Below are positions 1 to 13,258 of a stretch of DNA of 64,000 nucleotides, one piece after another. A program made the translations under genes and the position numbers. Every line of letters starts with the position of its first letter. The stretch's first letter is position 1. Under the pieces are notes generated by a model that was not told the origin of the DNA, did no database searches, and saw only the letters and a list, made by a program, of their open reading frames with translations. The DNA is from Raillietiella orientalis. Lineage: Eukaryota. The stretch lies in contig JAYWIR010000016.1 in the NCBI GenBank assembly GCA_036172245.1, positions 3,472,001 through 3,536,000 on the forward strand, in the 5' to 3' direction.

Positions 1-29
1 TGCTTTATTATGTTGTTTTTGAATTACAG

Positions 30-3000
30 AACCAATTATTGTAAAAATTTGTATTCGCAATCCGTATGGCATAAGCTTCAATCTTAGGAATGTGAATCTT
101 TTGTGGATCTTTGAAACAAATGACAATGAAGTCCTAACTAATGACTCAGAGCATCAGTTTCTGAATAGCTGCAAACAGGTAGTCAGTGGTTCTATTGCAC
201 ATGTTTCCTTGGATGCTAACAGTCAACATAATGTAAGAAAAAAATTTCGTTTTCAACAGAAAAGTCATACATGTGTAGGTTTCTTTGAGCATTTTAGCAA
301 ATGTTCAAGGAAAATTTTGTATTATTGGAATAGGCTTTTTTATTTCTAGTCAGACTGTACCTGAATCTAAGATTCTTCCTAATTTTCCTACTCTGATGGA
401 TTGTTATGGTTCAGATTTGCCTGCTGAAAGTGATCTAAATCTGATGATTGATAGTAATCTCTTGGGAAAAAAACTATTTAATGTGCCCAATTCAAAAATA
501 AAGGATAAAAATTCAGAGAAAAACAGAATTATCGTCAAAGATTTTAAATTGGAACCATATGTTGCCCCCAGGATGCCATGCTTGCAGGTATTTAAATATG
601 AATTTGTGTATTCTATGCACTTTTATATAAGCTTAAGAAATATTTACTTGGCCTGTTTCCCAGTCTGTACATAACTGGGATTGTTCATTGGGTGCACTAC
701 TCTGTGGAATCATCATCTAATATAATATTGACTAAAATTGAGTTATGTTTTGGCATTATGCCACTTGATTTCTACTTTTGCTTTATTTTACTCATAAATT
801 ATTTGCTATGTGTTCATTTATTATGAAAACCATTTACTTTAATAGTTTACATGTTCAAATTGATTGATTTTTAATGTTGATTTTACTTATCTTTAAGGTC
901 TATTTTGAAGATATGCCGGAAATTATGTATGGTACTGAAATGAGAAAATGCTATATGGTATTGAAAAATATTGGTCTCTGTACTATGCAAAATATTTCTG
1001 TGGCTTTTCACAATCCATCTTTGTTAGTCTTTGAACAAAGTTACAAGATGAAAGACATTTCAGAAAATAAAGTAGACTCAGAATCAAATGTTCTGAAATC
1101 CTTCAACCCAGTGACTGAGTCAACTAAACATAAAAAAATTCCTCTATCAACAGGAATGCACGAATTGCTCAAGCCAGGTCAAGAAATTAGAATTCCTTTT
1201 TGTATTCAAGCACCTGACGTGGATGATTCAGTAGACACTGATATGCTTTTCTACTATGAAAAGCACATGCCATTCAGCATTCAAAATCAGTAAGATTTTA
1301 TTTTATGAAATAGTTTGTATAGGGTTCAGTAGTCGTTCTAACAAAAGAATGGATATTTCTAGCTATTTTTCCAGGAATGAATTGTGTTTAAAGAAATTTG
1401 CCCATTCCAGATTCTAATGTTTATTTTACGTTTTGTTTCGGTGAAGGTTTGGATCATAGCAATGATTATTTTTTGATCTAGGCACAAGATGATGCTTCAT
1501 GTTTTTTTTTTTTTTTAAGTTTTGATTGTTCTTGTGTAATTGCATAAGAGTATGTGTTTTTGATCTATGTAAAACACAAAGCATATAAAACATATTAGAA
1601 TTGAGACCAAATGTTTTATTTGTTTTACTTTTCGCTTTTGCAGACAGTTTACAGAGATAGAATAATGGTTGTTTGTGTATAATATTGAGTGTCCTTTCAC
1701 CACATTAACTTAAAAAATTTCAATATTGTAGCATTAATGGATTTTATGAGAAGATGCAATATCACCATCAGTAAAAGCATTTATTGTGTATCAGATTATG
1801 TGCATTAGTTGGGAGACTACATTGTTAATAGTCTCAAAGTTCAGGCATCGGAATTCGAAAAGCATCTGTGTAAAAAAATAGTTAAAGGATTTTCAAGCTA
1901 CAAATTATCAACAGAAAAAAAATAATTATTTTGCGATGTTGAGCTCTTAAAATGTAAAGCTTTTTTTGGTCCTGTGCTATACTCACGTAGCACATAGTTT
2001 GCGACTGATGAAGGAGCTGTCACTTTTAAAAAAGTCCCAAAAATTATGTACATGAATTCTGTGGTTTCCTAGAAAGTAATTCACTAGTGTAGTACTAGTA
2101 TCAGCACAATTATATGGCATTTGCTTTGTCGCATATTGATAGTATGTGAACATGATAAGTATGTCCGAAAATGAGAAGCAGGAAAAATTTTTAACAGGAA
2201 GGAAAAGGACCTTTACAGTTTGTTACGGTTTTTAGTGGTTATCTATATGATATTTTGTTTTGCTGTTTGTAAGAACGATTGCTCGGAAATCGTATTGAAT
2301 TTCAGATGATGGTACACATTTTTAACAAGTCATTGTACAAATGGAAATGTGTTTCGACAAAAATAAAGGCTAAATTCTTGATATCAAAAAATATATATAT
2401 CAAAAATTTACTGAACACTGGTTTGTTTTACGGACTGATCTTTCGAAAGCTTCAAGCAATTTTAGTAGTATGTGTTGTTAATGAAGGAAAGGCATGTACA
2501 CTTGTAGCAAGTACCAGACTACTATGAGCGGTTCAAAAAGCATGCCTAATTTTTGCAAAGTTATGAATATACAAAGTGGACAATCGTGGGCAGAATCGTT
2601 CTGTTAACCATGGAATGAAGCCACTGTAATGATTCGTGAACATCAGCTTGAATAATGAATCTTGCAATTCATTCAAGCTTCCAGGACAAATTAATTACAA
2701 GTGGAACGTTCGAAATAGCAGTTTCGCAGTCTCATTCTTGTAGAATTTCATGCTTGAATTGATAGAATGGATTACTTTGTGAGACTTCGAATCAAAATTT
2801 TAATGTACACTTCCAAAATTTGTGTTCTATTCGTCATAGAGGCCATTTTGAAATTTTGCCTAGATGTTCTTGTATTTATTTCGAGTTTCCATTTTGTTCA
2901 ACTTTGAAGTTTTTTTTTTTTTTTTTCTTTGATGCTAAGTTAGACAGTTTATGTTTTTTCTATCACAAGGGATATTTAGGAATTCGTTATTATTCCTAAT

Positions 3001-6000
3001 TGTATTGTTTGTTACCATGAGCAGAACCTTATGGTTAAAAGAATGTAGCTTTAAATGTGATGAAGTAGCTAATAGTATGTCAATCCCAAGGATCTGGAGT
3101 CGAGAATGACTATTTAGAAATCGTTCTTTGTTTATATACATACATATATGTATGTATGTATATAATTCAAGTGAAATTGTAGTTTGTGGATGTATCATTC
3201 AAAAGATTAGGAGTAACTAAGCAGCAAAAAGTGGAATTACAAACAAATTGATTGTAACATGAATACCAGTTTGCCGATAATATTTCGAAATTAAAACATA
3301 GAATAAAAGATATCATTTTGACCAATCAAGTGATTCAGAGAAGGGATGAATGAACTAACAGATTTTTCGATGATGGGAACAATAAACTGAAATGAAGCAA
3401 GCAGTAAAGAGAAAGGCAGAAAGGCTCTTATCTGATACGAAAAGACAGCAAAGTATGTAGTTCCGAGAAGCGTTTGAAACACTTAGGGCAATTGGTTACA
3501 TATATCTCCATGTTAATGAGCTATGCATTTATGGGGACATCATTAAAGTAGGTAGTGACATTGCATGTAAATGTCACTACCTACTTTAATGAAATCCTAT
3601 TATCAAAAAATGTTCTGATAATACTAAATTAATCAGAAAAACAAAAGTGCGATGACTTATGATGTAGAGAAGTAGTAATAGGCCATCCAGCTTCTATTGC
3701 ATAATGTTTTGGATACTGAACAATATTGTGTTTTGAACGCGTTTTCAGCTTTTGATTAGTGTTGAGAGAGGTCTATTACTTTAATTTTTTCATCAAAAGC
3801 TTTGCATGAATAGTTTTATTTACAAGATTCTTTGTACCTGTTTTGCATTCTCTACAGTAATTATTGTTTTCCATCAAATGTTTGATTGAAATACTGACCA
3901 CATGCATTATTGAGATGAGTTACATGAGTTGTAATGTCCTGATTATCTTATGGAATTTTAAAATGACGAAGCTTCCAATAACAATTAGTTATTATGTTTA
4001 CATAATAGCAAGGACCATGAGAAGATGCTCAAATCTTGGCATTGAAATTTTTAATGAAAGAAGAAAATAGATGAATTTTTGTTATATTGTGCACGAAGCT
4101 AAAGTCGATCTTTACAAAAAATCAGTTGAAATGAGAATTTACTGCAGTTAGTTGCCTTTTTTTGTTTTTTTACTGTTTTTTTGCAGACAGTATCTTAAAT
4201 CATTTTTGCCTATATCTTGTTATGTTATTATCAATAGCATTGTTTCCTGTTTATCCAGTGTGCACCGTTTAGATGCAGTGGAGTTTCTCAGGTAAACGTT
4301 TCATGAAAGCCGTGACTAGGCATTGGATCACTAAAGCAAAACGAATGGTTTTTTTAAAAAACTATTACCCCATTGTCACAGGAGGGATCGAAGATTAAAA
4401 CCGTTGTTGTGTTTGTTGCCTATGTTTTGACCGTGCAGTTTATGTTAGGGATTTAAAAGCTTTTGCTTTGATATTAAAAGAATGAAATCAAAATTTTCAA
4501 GTGAAGCTGTTTTTATGAACTTGGTTGTTGTAGTGGGGTTAGCTATGTGATACAACTGTCAACATTTTAATTCATGTTGAATATTCTGATATGACCAGCA
4601 TGTGCAAATGCTGTGATCTCAGCAGTGAGCATGCCCTGCAAATGATTGTACCATGTGATCTCTGTGTGGAAACTACAATTTATCTCACCTGTTTTTTGTG
4701 TATTATAAAACATTTCAACAATAAGTACTTACATCTCTTGGCATTCCTTCCATCTTTCGTGATCTAATGTTGATTCCGTACTTCATATTTCATTTTTAAA
4801 AATACAATAAAATAATGCATCGCCAGTACAGCATATTGTGCTATTGTGATTGATTTGAAACTTTCTAGACATAGTTTTAAATGCATTCATAAATATTGGT
4901 AATTAGCTAAAACGTTTCGAGAGTAAATGTTTCGATTCCTAGACAGAGCATTTTTTGCAATTCATGAATCGGATTTTCAAACATCTGACATAGCAAATAC
5001 TGAGAAGAGTAGTGAGAACCATAAGAAACTTGTTTGAATCCAAACTCCTCATGGTTGTTTCTGGCCGTTATTGGTTTGTATTCTAGGTACAGAGTGCTAC
5101 GACATCACGGAACAATTAAGATCGAAAAAATCATAAAAATTAATGCATCATTGTTGAAGGTATTGAAATTTGATGAAAACAATAGGGAAATCTTTCAGCT
5201 TCTCATAGAAGTTAATAATGTAAGTGAATTTCAAAAAAGCCTTTAGATTCTGATCCACGAGCTCAGGTTTCTGTAAATCCATGTATGCAGTTCCAGTTAA
5301 TGCAAATTGCTTGTGTTAGTCGTGATCTTGAAATTCAAGCATCAGAAGAAAAAGATGGTAATTTTGAACACTTTGAAAAGTAATATAATCCCCGTTTTAA
5401 TAACTGATATAACTAGAATGTTTACACTGAATACCACTACTTCCATCTTGTACTTTTTTGTTTTCATAGGTGTTATTGTGTAATTGATTTGTTCACATTC
5501 AGATCTGATTTGTTCAGATCTTTATTTCTTGTGTTATTTCAGTCATTAAAAAACGAGAGCCAACTGGTAGCAGCAATATATGTTTGTTTTTTTTTTTTTG
5601 CAGCAGTGCAGTTAAAAGCTGGGGAAAAACAAAGCATGCACTTCTACTTACATTATAAAGAAAACAAGAAAAGTATGTACTAGACAAATCCCTTTCATAA
5701 AATTCATTGTTAAATTTGAAATCATCCCTAATTTGATGTCTGTCATCATAGCAGTATTGATTTTGTTTTCTTCACTCCTATGATATATTGATTATTGATT
5801 GTTTTGTGTGCACATTTAAGTAATAAACATCCAAATGTAGTGTAATGTTTTAATCTTTCTCTGTAGATTCAGCTGCTCAGTTGGATAGTCTTTTATCCTA
5901 TGTGCACTTAACAAGCCAAAAGGTACTGATTGATATCAGTTAAAAATGATTTGTCCAATTCTATAATTTTGATAGATCGACATGGTGAAATTTTTGTATA

Positions 6001-6743
6001 GTGACACTTTCAAAGAATTTTTGTCAAAAACAGATGACACAGGCAGCATTAATCAATCTTCCACTGAAGCATTGTTATCCTCATTCCGACTTCTTGCATT
6101 ATGGAGAGTAAGATAACGTGACTTTTCGCATGATTCTCATAAATTATTTGCTTAGGCAACCAACAGTTCAACTTCAGAATCCATCTTCGGGCATTACCAT
6201 ATTTTAATGAACTATGGTGAAAAGAAGCAATCACCTGAGGTAGAGAATGAGCTTGAAGAATTAGTCCATTGTTCACTTAGACATGTGCCAAAAATAGAGC
6301 ATAATTTCAAGCAGAATAGGTTGTTTAAAACCTTGCTTTTTACGTTTGTGAACCTGTTTTGTATTTTTAGCGTGTGCATTGTTCCAGTGTCATTGATTTT
6401 GTCTAATTCTACACAGCAGACTCTCAAACTGAATGTGCAGATGATGCCAGCCACATCCCTAGGGTATTTATCAATTTTCTTGATAACATAATGATAAGCG
6501 TCATAAATCAGACCATCCAAGGAAGGGAAACAGGAATCTCATTCTTTTCTCTGGATTGGAAAAACAACCTTCATTATCACTCTTGATCCTCATAGCTGGA
6601 AGTCTTTGTCTCTTTCAGCAGCATTCACTCATCAGGGAGTATTTAATTTATCATCGTGGAATATATCGGTGACCTTGGACAATGATTATGTTTTGACTCA
6701 GAGTGCAAAATTCCCATCTGTGATTATCGTGTGTGATATATAA
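30..6743 (+). CDS. TRAPPC8: Trafficking protein particle complex subunit 8 (TRAPPIII Trs85), 3' part; the gene starts upstream of the window. Exons: 30-232, 279-587, 898-1289, 5087-5219, 5267-5357, 5604-5672, 5867-5922, 5976-6107, 6156-6319, 6371-6463, 6512-6743 (TAA)
   Basis: GT-AG joins keep one open frame. Motifs in TRAPPC8 order: EPIIVKICIRNPYG..NLLWIF, LEPYVAPRMPCLQV, LFYYE, YRVLRH, GHYHI, HNFKQ..CIVPVSLILSN, SFLWIGKT, AAFTHQGVFNL. Confidence 0.88.
3540..3592. repeat. Perfect 23-bp inverted repeat with a 7-nt loop in the long TRAPPC8 intron
   Basis: TCATTAAAGTAGGTAGTGACATT (3540-3562) is the exact reverse complement of AATGTCACTACCTACTTTAATGA (3570-3592). Confidence 0.97.
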
Positions 6744-6784
6744 ATTTGAATTATACTTTATGTAGATGAAATCATACACTTTAA

Positions 6785-6790
6785 AATAAA
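6785..6790 (+). promoter_or_regulatory. Candidate polyadenylation signal of TRAPPC8
   Basis: AATAAA about 40 nt after the stop codon at 6743. Confidence 0.55.
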
Positions 6791-7119
6791 AAACTACTTT
6801 ATATAAAATCATGCATTTGTGTATTGAGACTTTTTTAAACAACTGGCATAATTTTTCCAAGTCACGATCATGTTTGCAGTTTAAGAGCCTTTATTTAATG
6901 CATTCTGGCCTGTCTTTTTGTGACCTTGACTTTTTTGAACATTAATTAACGTCACTCTGAACGTAAAACCCTCGCCGTTCTGCCTCGACTGGCACACAAA
7001 ATTAATGGCAACAAGAGTATCACAAATTCTTCTATGAAACTACCGAGTTCGTTCCGGTTTTCCCAAGCTGCCCTACGGGGAATCTTCAGGCAAACCTCGC
7101 AGTGCACTTGAAGTGCTAG

Positions 7120-7640
7120 TGACATGAACTCTCGAAAGTTGCTGTTCCCAAGGAACTCCTTGATGATGCAAGCGGCAAACATGCAAGTTGTGTGCAACTC
7201 CAAATAAAGTGTTTGACAACCAGTTTTTTGATGTGGTTTCACACCTTGGTTCACATGGAGGGTTCGGCACAGGTTGCCCCAGACTACGGCTTGGATGGCA
7301 CCACGAGTTCGAAGAAGCCATAAATGTAACTTTTTCTGTCGTGTAATAGAATCGAGGCAGAATTCAGTAGATGGTTCGTGGGGTTATCCAGCATCTCCTA
7401 AAAGGTTGTTTGAAGTATGCAGAGGTAGCCATCCTGGTACTCGAATTGTGGAGCCTCTCTGGATGGAACCGGATGTGGAAAATGGATTCCTTGCCCAGGC
7501 CTTCGTTCTCGTCTTTAATGATTTCCTATTCAAAAGTCGAAATGAAGCCCTTTGGCTATTCTGTCACATTTTCCTCGAATACATTTCGATAACGTGTGTG
7601 ATTCAATTGTGCATATGACAATGCTTTCCGTAAATCTGAA
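7120..7640 (-). mobile_element. Heavily decayed Ty3/Gypsy-like pol fragment (end of RNase H, tether, integrase Zn-binding region)
   Basis: Across frameshifts and stops the - strand gives, in the expected order: SDLRKALSYA (like TDHKPLTYA), FISTF (FISQF), RMATS, LLHD (LLCD), LVVPS (RPVVP), LHVNQGVK..KLVVKHFIW (LHxLxHPGVKATxKLV..FxW), ACLP, SSLG and SRVHV (FSHVHID). No LTRs seen. Confidence 0.5.
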
Positions 7641-10238
7641 GATGTTCTTCAGTCTGCATAGTAAACTGTGTAGACATTCAGCTATTTTCCTCTCTCTGTA
7701 AAAGCCCATGATTCATTTTGCCGTCCTTTTGTGAGCTTCCTTATTTTCTAAGGAGCCTTCATTTGTCTCATCGAACATTCAGTGTCATTGCAGTGTATTT
7801 TCAGTACAGTGACTATCATCCATGATTTTTTTTTAATCGTATTCAGCTCTCAAATTTTCTGTTTAATCAGACTGGGATTATGAAATAGAGTTGGATAAGA
7901 GAGCTGGCAGCATTTCAGATGATGCTCGGCATAGCAGTTCACAAAGCGTTCGTAAAGTGACTATCCAGTGGAAGTCGGGAAATCGAAACAGAAGATTGAA
8001 AAGACCTTCCAGGCGTTTCTACTTCATTCAGCCTCCCTTCCATCACGCTTGCAAAATTCTCAAAAAAGTCGACATCCACAAATTGCAGGATCACTGTATA
8101 ACTTGAAAATACACGAGATTCTTTATGAACACAGAACACTCTGAAAGGAATGAAACAAGCAGGGATTTAAGCATGAAGGAAGAATCACAAGTGCGTTGTA
8201 GAGACATCGCGTTTTACAAAAAGGCTGAAAAGTGGGGGGGGGGGGGGGACTATGCGTGAACACGAATATGAAAAGCACAAAAGCACACCTGCTGACCTAT
8301 GGAAACTGTTTCTGCCTTCCAAAAAGGATTTCCAATACTCAAAACAGGCTAAGAAATTTAGTGTCCATTTTGGTGGACTCTCGAAACTGTGGATTCTGGA
8401 CAGCGTAATGGGATTTGTGGAGGAGTAAAAAAAGTGGTTTTGTTTAGATTGAATTTCGAGCAGATTCGGACAACAAATGAAGTCCAAGTTTCGAAGCAAC
8501 ATCTGATGAAAACAAGTGCAATCCAGATGACACATATCCTTTTTAATGAATTTTCTGATTATATTTGGAGATTCCAAGAAGAAGAGGAGTTCATGTGTGA
8601 AAAGCTGATCGACAATTGGTTAGCAGTTTTAGTTTGTGGGAATAGGTCTAGAAGCTAGGAGGAAATATCCCGTAATATCCTGTAACTTCCACTAAATAAC
8701 ACCGGAAATGCAAGAATGGATACCAGGAGAAATACTTTCACAACTAATATAGGAGTCAAGAAGAGGAAAACAGTAAGATTTGATGCTGGTCAGTCGTCTT
8801 TGCATCTTTGGAGAATTTCAGCTCCTAAGCAGTTCTTGTAGTCCTCGCGACTAAGCCGTGTCATTTGCTCAGCCTATGATTACAAGTCGCATATTCTCTC
8901 ATTGCTTTTATCGAAGAGAACAGAGGAAAATCACAATGTATAATTTGCTTTTGACGTCTTCAAAATGACATATCAAGTTTTGGAGACTGGCTCATAGGAA
9001 TATACATTTGGAAATTCAGATAACAGGCTGATAACTTGGGAAAGCATGGAGAACTTACCGTTGGCAAAAGATTTGTCTTCAGACATCCTTCTTGAAGAAA
9101 CATATGATCACAAATATGGATAATAGGATAGATGGATTAGCACCAGAAGTTGTCTTACATTAGAAAAACGATAGCAGAACTGAAAAATTCAGGTGACAAC
9201 AACAGATGCGACACAGTGATCAAAATGATCTTTTAAAGCGTTGTGATCAAATAAAAAATGTCCCGAAGCAATTTGGTTCAGTAGAAGTGACGAGCAATTG
9301 CAGCTGCGAAAGGCTTCACACCGATACGGTGAAACTTTTATAATAAAAAGGAAATGAGCTCGAAAAACCTTACAGATCTTGGAAGAATCTTCCAAATACC
9401 ATTTCATTAACGTTCCTAGCTGCTGAGTTATTTTTTTATGCGGCAGATGTATAAAAAGCGGCAAGGCTTGGCGTTATTCGTGATCACATCCGAATCTGGA
9501 TTTCGTATCCAGGTTATTACGATTTGTAAATTTGGAACTGTAAATGTGAAATTAGTCGTTATATTTCTGCAACTGCGTGTTCAAAACAAACAACGAAAAA
9601 CAAGATTCGGTGTGATGCGTGTTGCAGCACACTCGAAAAACTCGGTGTTCTAATAGCTGACAGGCTGTTTGCGGTCGATTTAGTTTTCTATGCTGGCAGC
9701 AGCACAGCCCTCGACTTGCTCTGAGGTGTACCGAGTGGATCTGTTGCTATGATACGCTCCAGCACATGGCGTAGCAAAATAAAATTCTTACATATCTTCA
9801 TAATAAAGCTGAATGAATCTCACAGCTGATTTCAATGACATTTGCTGCCTTTCATTTGGTTGCCAAGTTTGTTTGCTGGAAAACTTGCCCCGTCTCTAAG
9901 TGTCTGATGCAGGGAAACGGAATCTCGAAATTTCCATGGTGGGCTTCGGGGGGTGAGGTGCTCCACTAGTAGAATCCTATAGTTAAACTTATAGAATTGC
10001 ACCACCCATCTGAATATCCGTTTTTTTTTTTTTTTTAGTACTTGTTGAGCAAGTAGTTTGTTGAGCAAATGTATTTTTCCACTGTTTCCCAATTTATGTT
10101 CTAAAATTGAAGGTCCCATGAGAAAACGGCATTGCGAAACGGCGTGAGTTTAAAAACAAATGAGACCATCGAGTGGGGAACATTGAGTGGTGGTCCTTGG
10201 TGTGTGCATCCTTGTGAAATATCTATTTTGATAGGTAT

Positions 10239-13200
10239 ATGGAAGACAGTGGATATTATCTAGATGAAGATGATGAATTAGAGAGAATTGCTGAATCTGA
10301 AACCTGTGATGAGTTTATTGAGGACTGCTCGGAAGACGTCGATGACGAGGAACATGACGATGCCTGTTTGCTCCCTGTAACTTTTTCCCATCATGAAGGT
10401 GCTCCATTCGTACACATTGTGCTAATAAGACAATTGGAATTGTGTTCTCATATGCCCATTACACCGAGTGTGTTTCACACAAGTATCAATTTTGATATTT
10501 TCCCATGTTAAATAATTCGGAGCATTCTTTTTGAACAGAGCTGAGGTCAAGTAGTACACAGTGTCCACGGTGCAACGTAGATTGTCATAGTAGCATCAGT
10601 GGATTGTCGTTTTGGATGCCAAACACTGTAATTGTCTATTGTCTATCAAGCTATTTTAGCAGGATGAAAAGTAGCCGTTATGCACGTTTGCCCGGAAATG
10701 TTTTAGAATGGTTTTCACCGGAGCGAGGTTAGGTCGGCAAATTCGAAAATAACTTCAATGTTTATAAATTTAAGCGCTCATGAGTTTATATTTCACATGC
10801 ATACTAATTACACAACAATGCCGGAATGATAAGTATGCATTGATTGAATACCCTCATAAAATTCACTTTACAGTTTACATTATTTAATATTTGTATGTGG
10901 TACATCTATAGTAAAACAGCCGGCATTTACATCACAGAAATCATATGCAGTCCATCATATAAGAAATTCAATTTTGTTTCATTCATTCAGTAATTTTTTA
11001 TTACAGTCAAGGAAAAGTATTTTCAATGGTTTAGTTCTGCACCTTAGTAACCCCAAATGTTCATATTAGTTTCCAAATTCCAATGCATGTGGAATTATGC
11101 ATGACCTCATTCATGTAATTATCTTAAAGGAATTTCCATTCAAATATGAAGTATTCGTTTGAAAAATGCAGAGAATTTTCAGACTATCTTTGATTTTGGT
11201 TTATTCAGTCATTTCATTTGAACAGTTTCTACATATGTTTATAATTGCAGCATTAGAGCTGAAGAAAGTTAGCTCTGTATGATATTTCTCACATTCATTC
11301 GTGTTTACACTGTTCAATTTATATATGCTGTATAGGTTTCTCCAGCATCATCATACGGTGTTCTCTTTCTGGTTACTGATGGAGCATCATGCAAATGTTA
11401 TGAAGAGTTTAATCTCCTTGACCATTGTTGATTATCATAATTATCAACAGGATTCGATGCATCGATGAGAAATTTGTGGTGGGGACAGTGAAAACTTACT
11501 AAAAGCATTTTGGACATTTGTAATAATTATAAACTTTCATTTATTTGAATATTATTTGAAATAAGGAGTTTCCTACTTAAAACTAGCAAAAAGAGAACAT
11601 TCATCAAATATGAAAATATCTTTGGTGCTCGTTTGGGGTGTAATGAGATTTCTGCAATTTAGTTGCTTGTTTGTAACAGCATACATAAATATACTTTTAT
11701 GAAACAAAGAGAACAATGTAATGCATGAAAGTTTTTTTTTGCTCTGCACACAAATGGTTTTACAAGCAGTTATCTGCATATGTATTACGGAAACAAGACA
11801 CTTCTTGATGATGTATATACTTTGTCTAGAACTGGTTGAGACATTTACATAAATATTTAGTGATAAAATAGAAAATGAAATTTTATGCACCATTGCATCG
11901 GGACATTTATTTTAAGTCAATAATTTTGAAAGAAATTTGTAACCATTATTAACTGTTGGATGGTTTAAGGTATGAAATGCCTATACATTTAAGGAGTACT
12001 TATGTGCTTGAAAGTGAGCTGTAATTGTCCCATTCTTGTCATGTTATTGTAATTCTAGGGTCAGTTTTCTGCTGCCAGATCAGTCCGGTTAATAATGCTT
12101 TAGCTCTGAGTGGAGGTGAAGATGATAAAGCATTTCTTTGGAGTACCCTGTCTGGTGATGTTATATTGGAGATAAAAGATCATAAGGATTCTGTCACTTG
12201 TATTGGTTTCAATTATGATGGCACCCTTGTTGCCACAGGGGATATGAGTGGACTAATATTGATCTGGGACATTGTAAGTTTCACCCAGAAAACCCAATTG
12301 GAAACATCTGATCTCAACGTAAATTTCAATTATTGAAGTGAATTTTGCTGATTTAAGTTTATAGTGGCTGGAATGGCACCCATGCAGCAGTGTGTTGCTG
12401 ACAGGTACAACTTCTGGTGTATTTTTGTGGAAAATCCCAGAAGGAAACTATAAGGTGTTTCCTGACATAGGTTATGCAAGTGAAGTAGGAAAATTTCATC
12501 CTGATGGTAGGTGTACAATTCATTTTGAAATGTTAAACATCAATCAAGGAAAACATGCTGTTATTGGCTGTAGCAATGGTTCTGTTTACATCCTTCATTT
12601 GAAGACTGGTAGAGCATTGCATGAAATCAAGAGCAAAGATCAGCTTGCTGTTCATGCTGTGAGCTATGATTTTGGTGGCAATTTATGTATGGCAGGTGGA
12701 TCCAAAGCTTTAGCTAGACTGATAAACCCACAGTCTGGTAAGGTGAGTTGTCTGCATTCCCTGGTAACAATTTAAATTATTTTATTTTTTAGGAAGTCCA
12801 AGTTTGGGACTGTGGTGATGATAGTGAGGACAGTATCGAATGCCTGGGATTTTATCATGAAAGTGGCTTCTCATTTGCAGCTGTGGGTACATTGCAAGGC
12901 ATATTAAGCATTTGGGACTTGATCAGCTCTACAATGAGATTGAAAATTAGGCAAAATTCTGGCATAATTCGGCTTACATGGAATCAGAATTTCCCTATTA
13001 TTTATACTGCTGGAAATGATGGAGGTGTTAGATGTTATGATGGAAGGAGCGGAAATGTGATAAAAAGTTTCGCAAATCATCATGATGCTTTCCTGGATAT
13101 GTCACTCAGCAGGTGAGATTGGTGCTTTGACAGTTGTGTACTAATTGCATCAAAGTGATGGGAACCTCATTCTCACTTCATCAGATGATGGTTGCTGTTT

Positions 13201-13258
13201 GGTCTATAATGTATCAGTTATCATGCAAGATTACAACGAGAATAGGTACCAAACATGA
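10239..13258 (+). CDS. AAMP: Angio-associated migratory cell protein (WD40; yeast Sqt1 family). Exons: 10239-10398, 12059-12318, 12365-12506, 12549-12742, 12793-13112, 13156-13258 (TGA)
   Basis: Acidic N-terminus followed by VTFSHHEGSVFC, LALSGGEDDKAFLW, HKDSVTCIGFNYDGTLVATGDMSGLILIW, WLEWHP, FHPDGK, DSIECLGF, DGGVRCYDGRSG and SDGNLILTSSDD. All joins are GT-AG and in frame. Confidence 0.93.

Noticed and set aside
8534..8542. ATATCCTTT matching the U12 AT-AC donor consensus
   Set aside because: No convincing branch point or flanking exon, and a 9-mer like this is expected about once by chance in the window.
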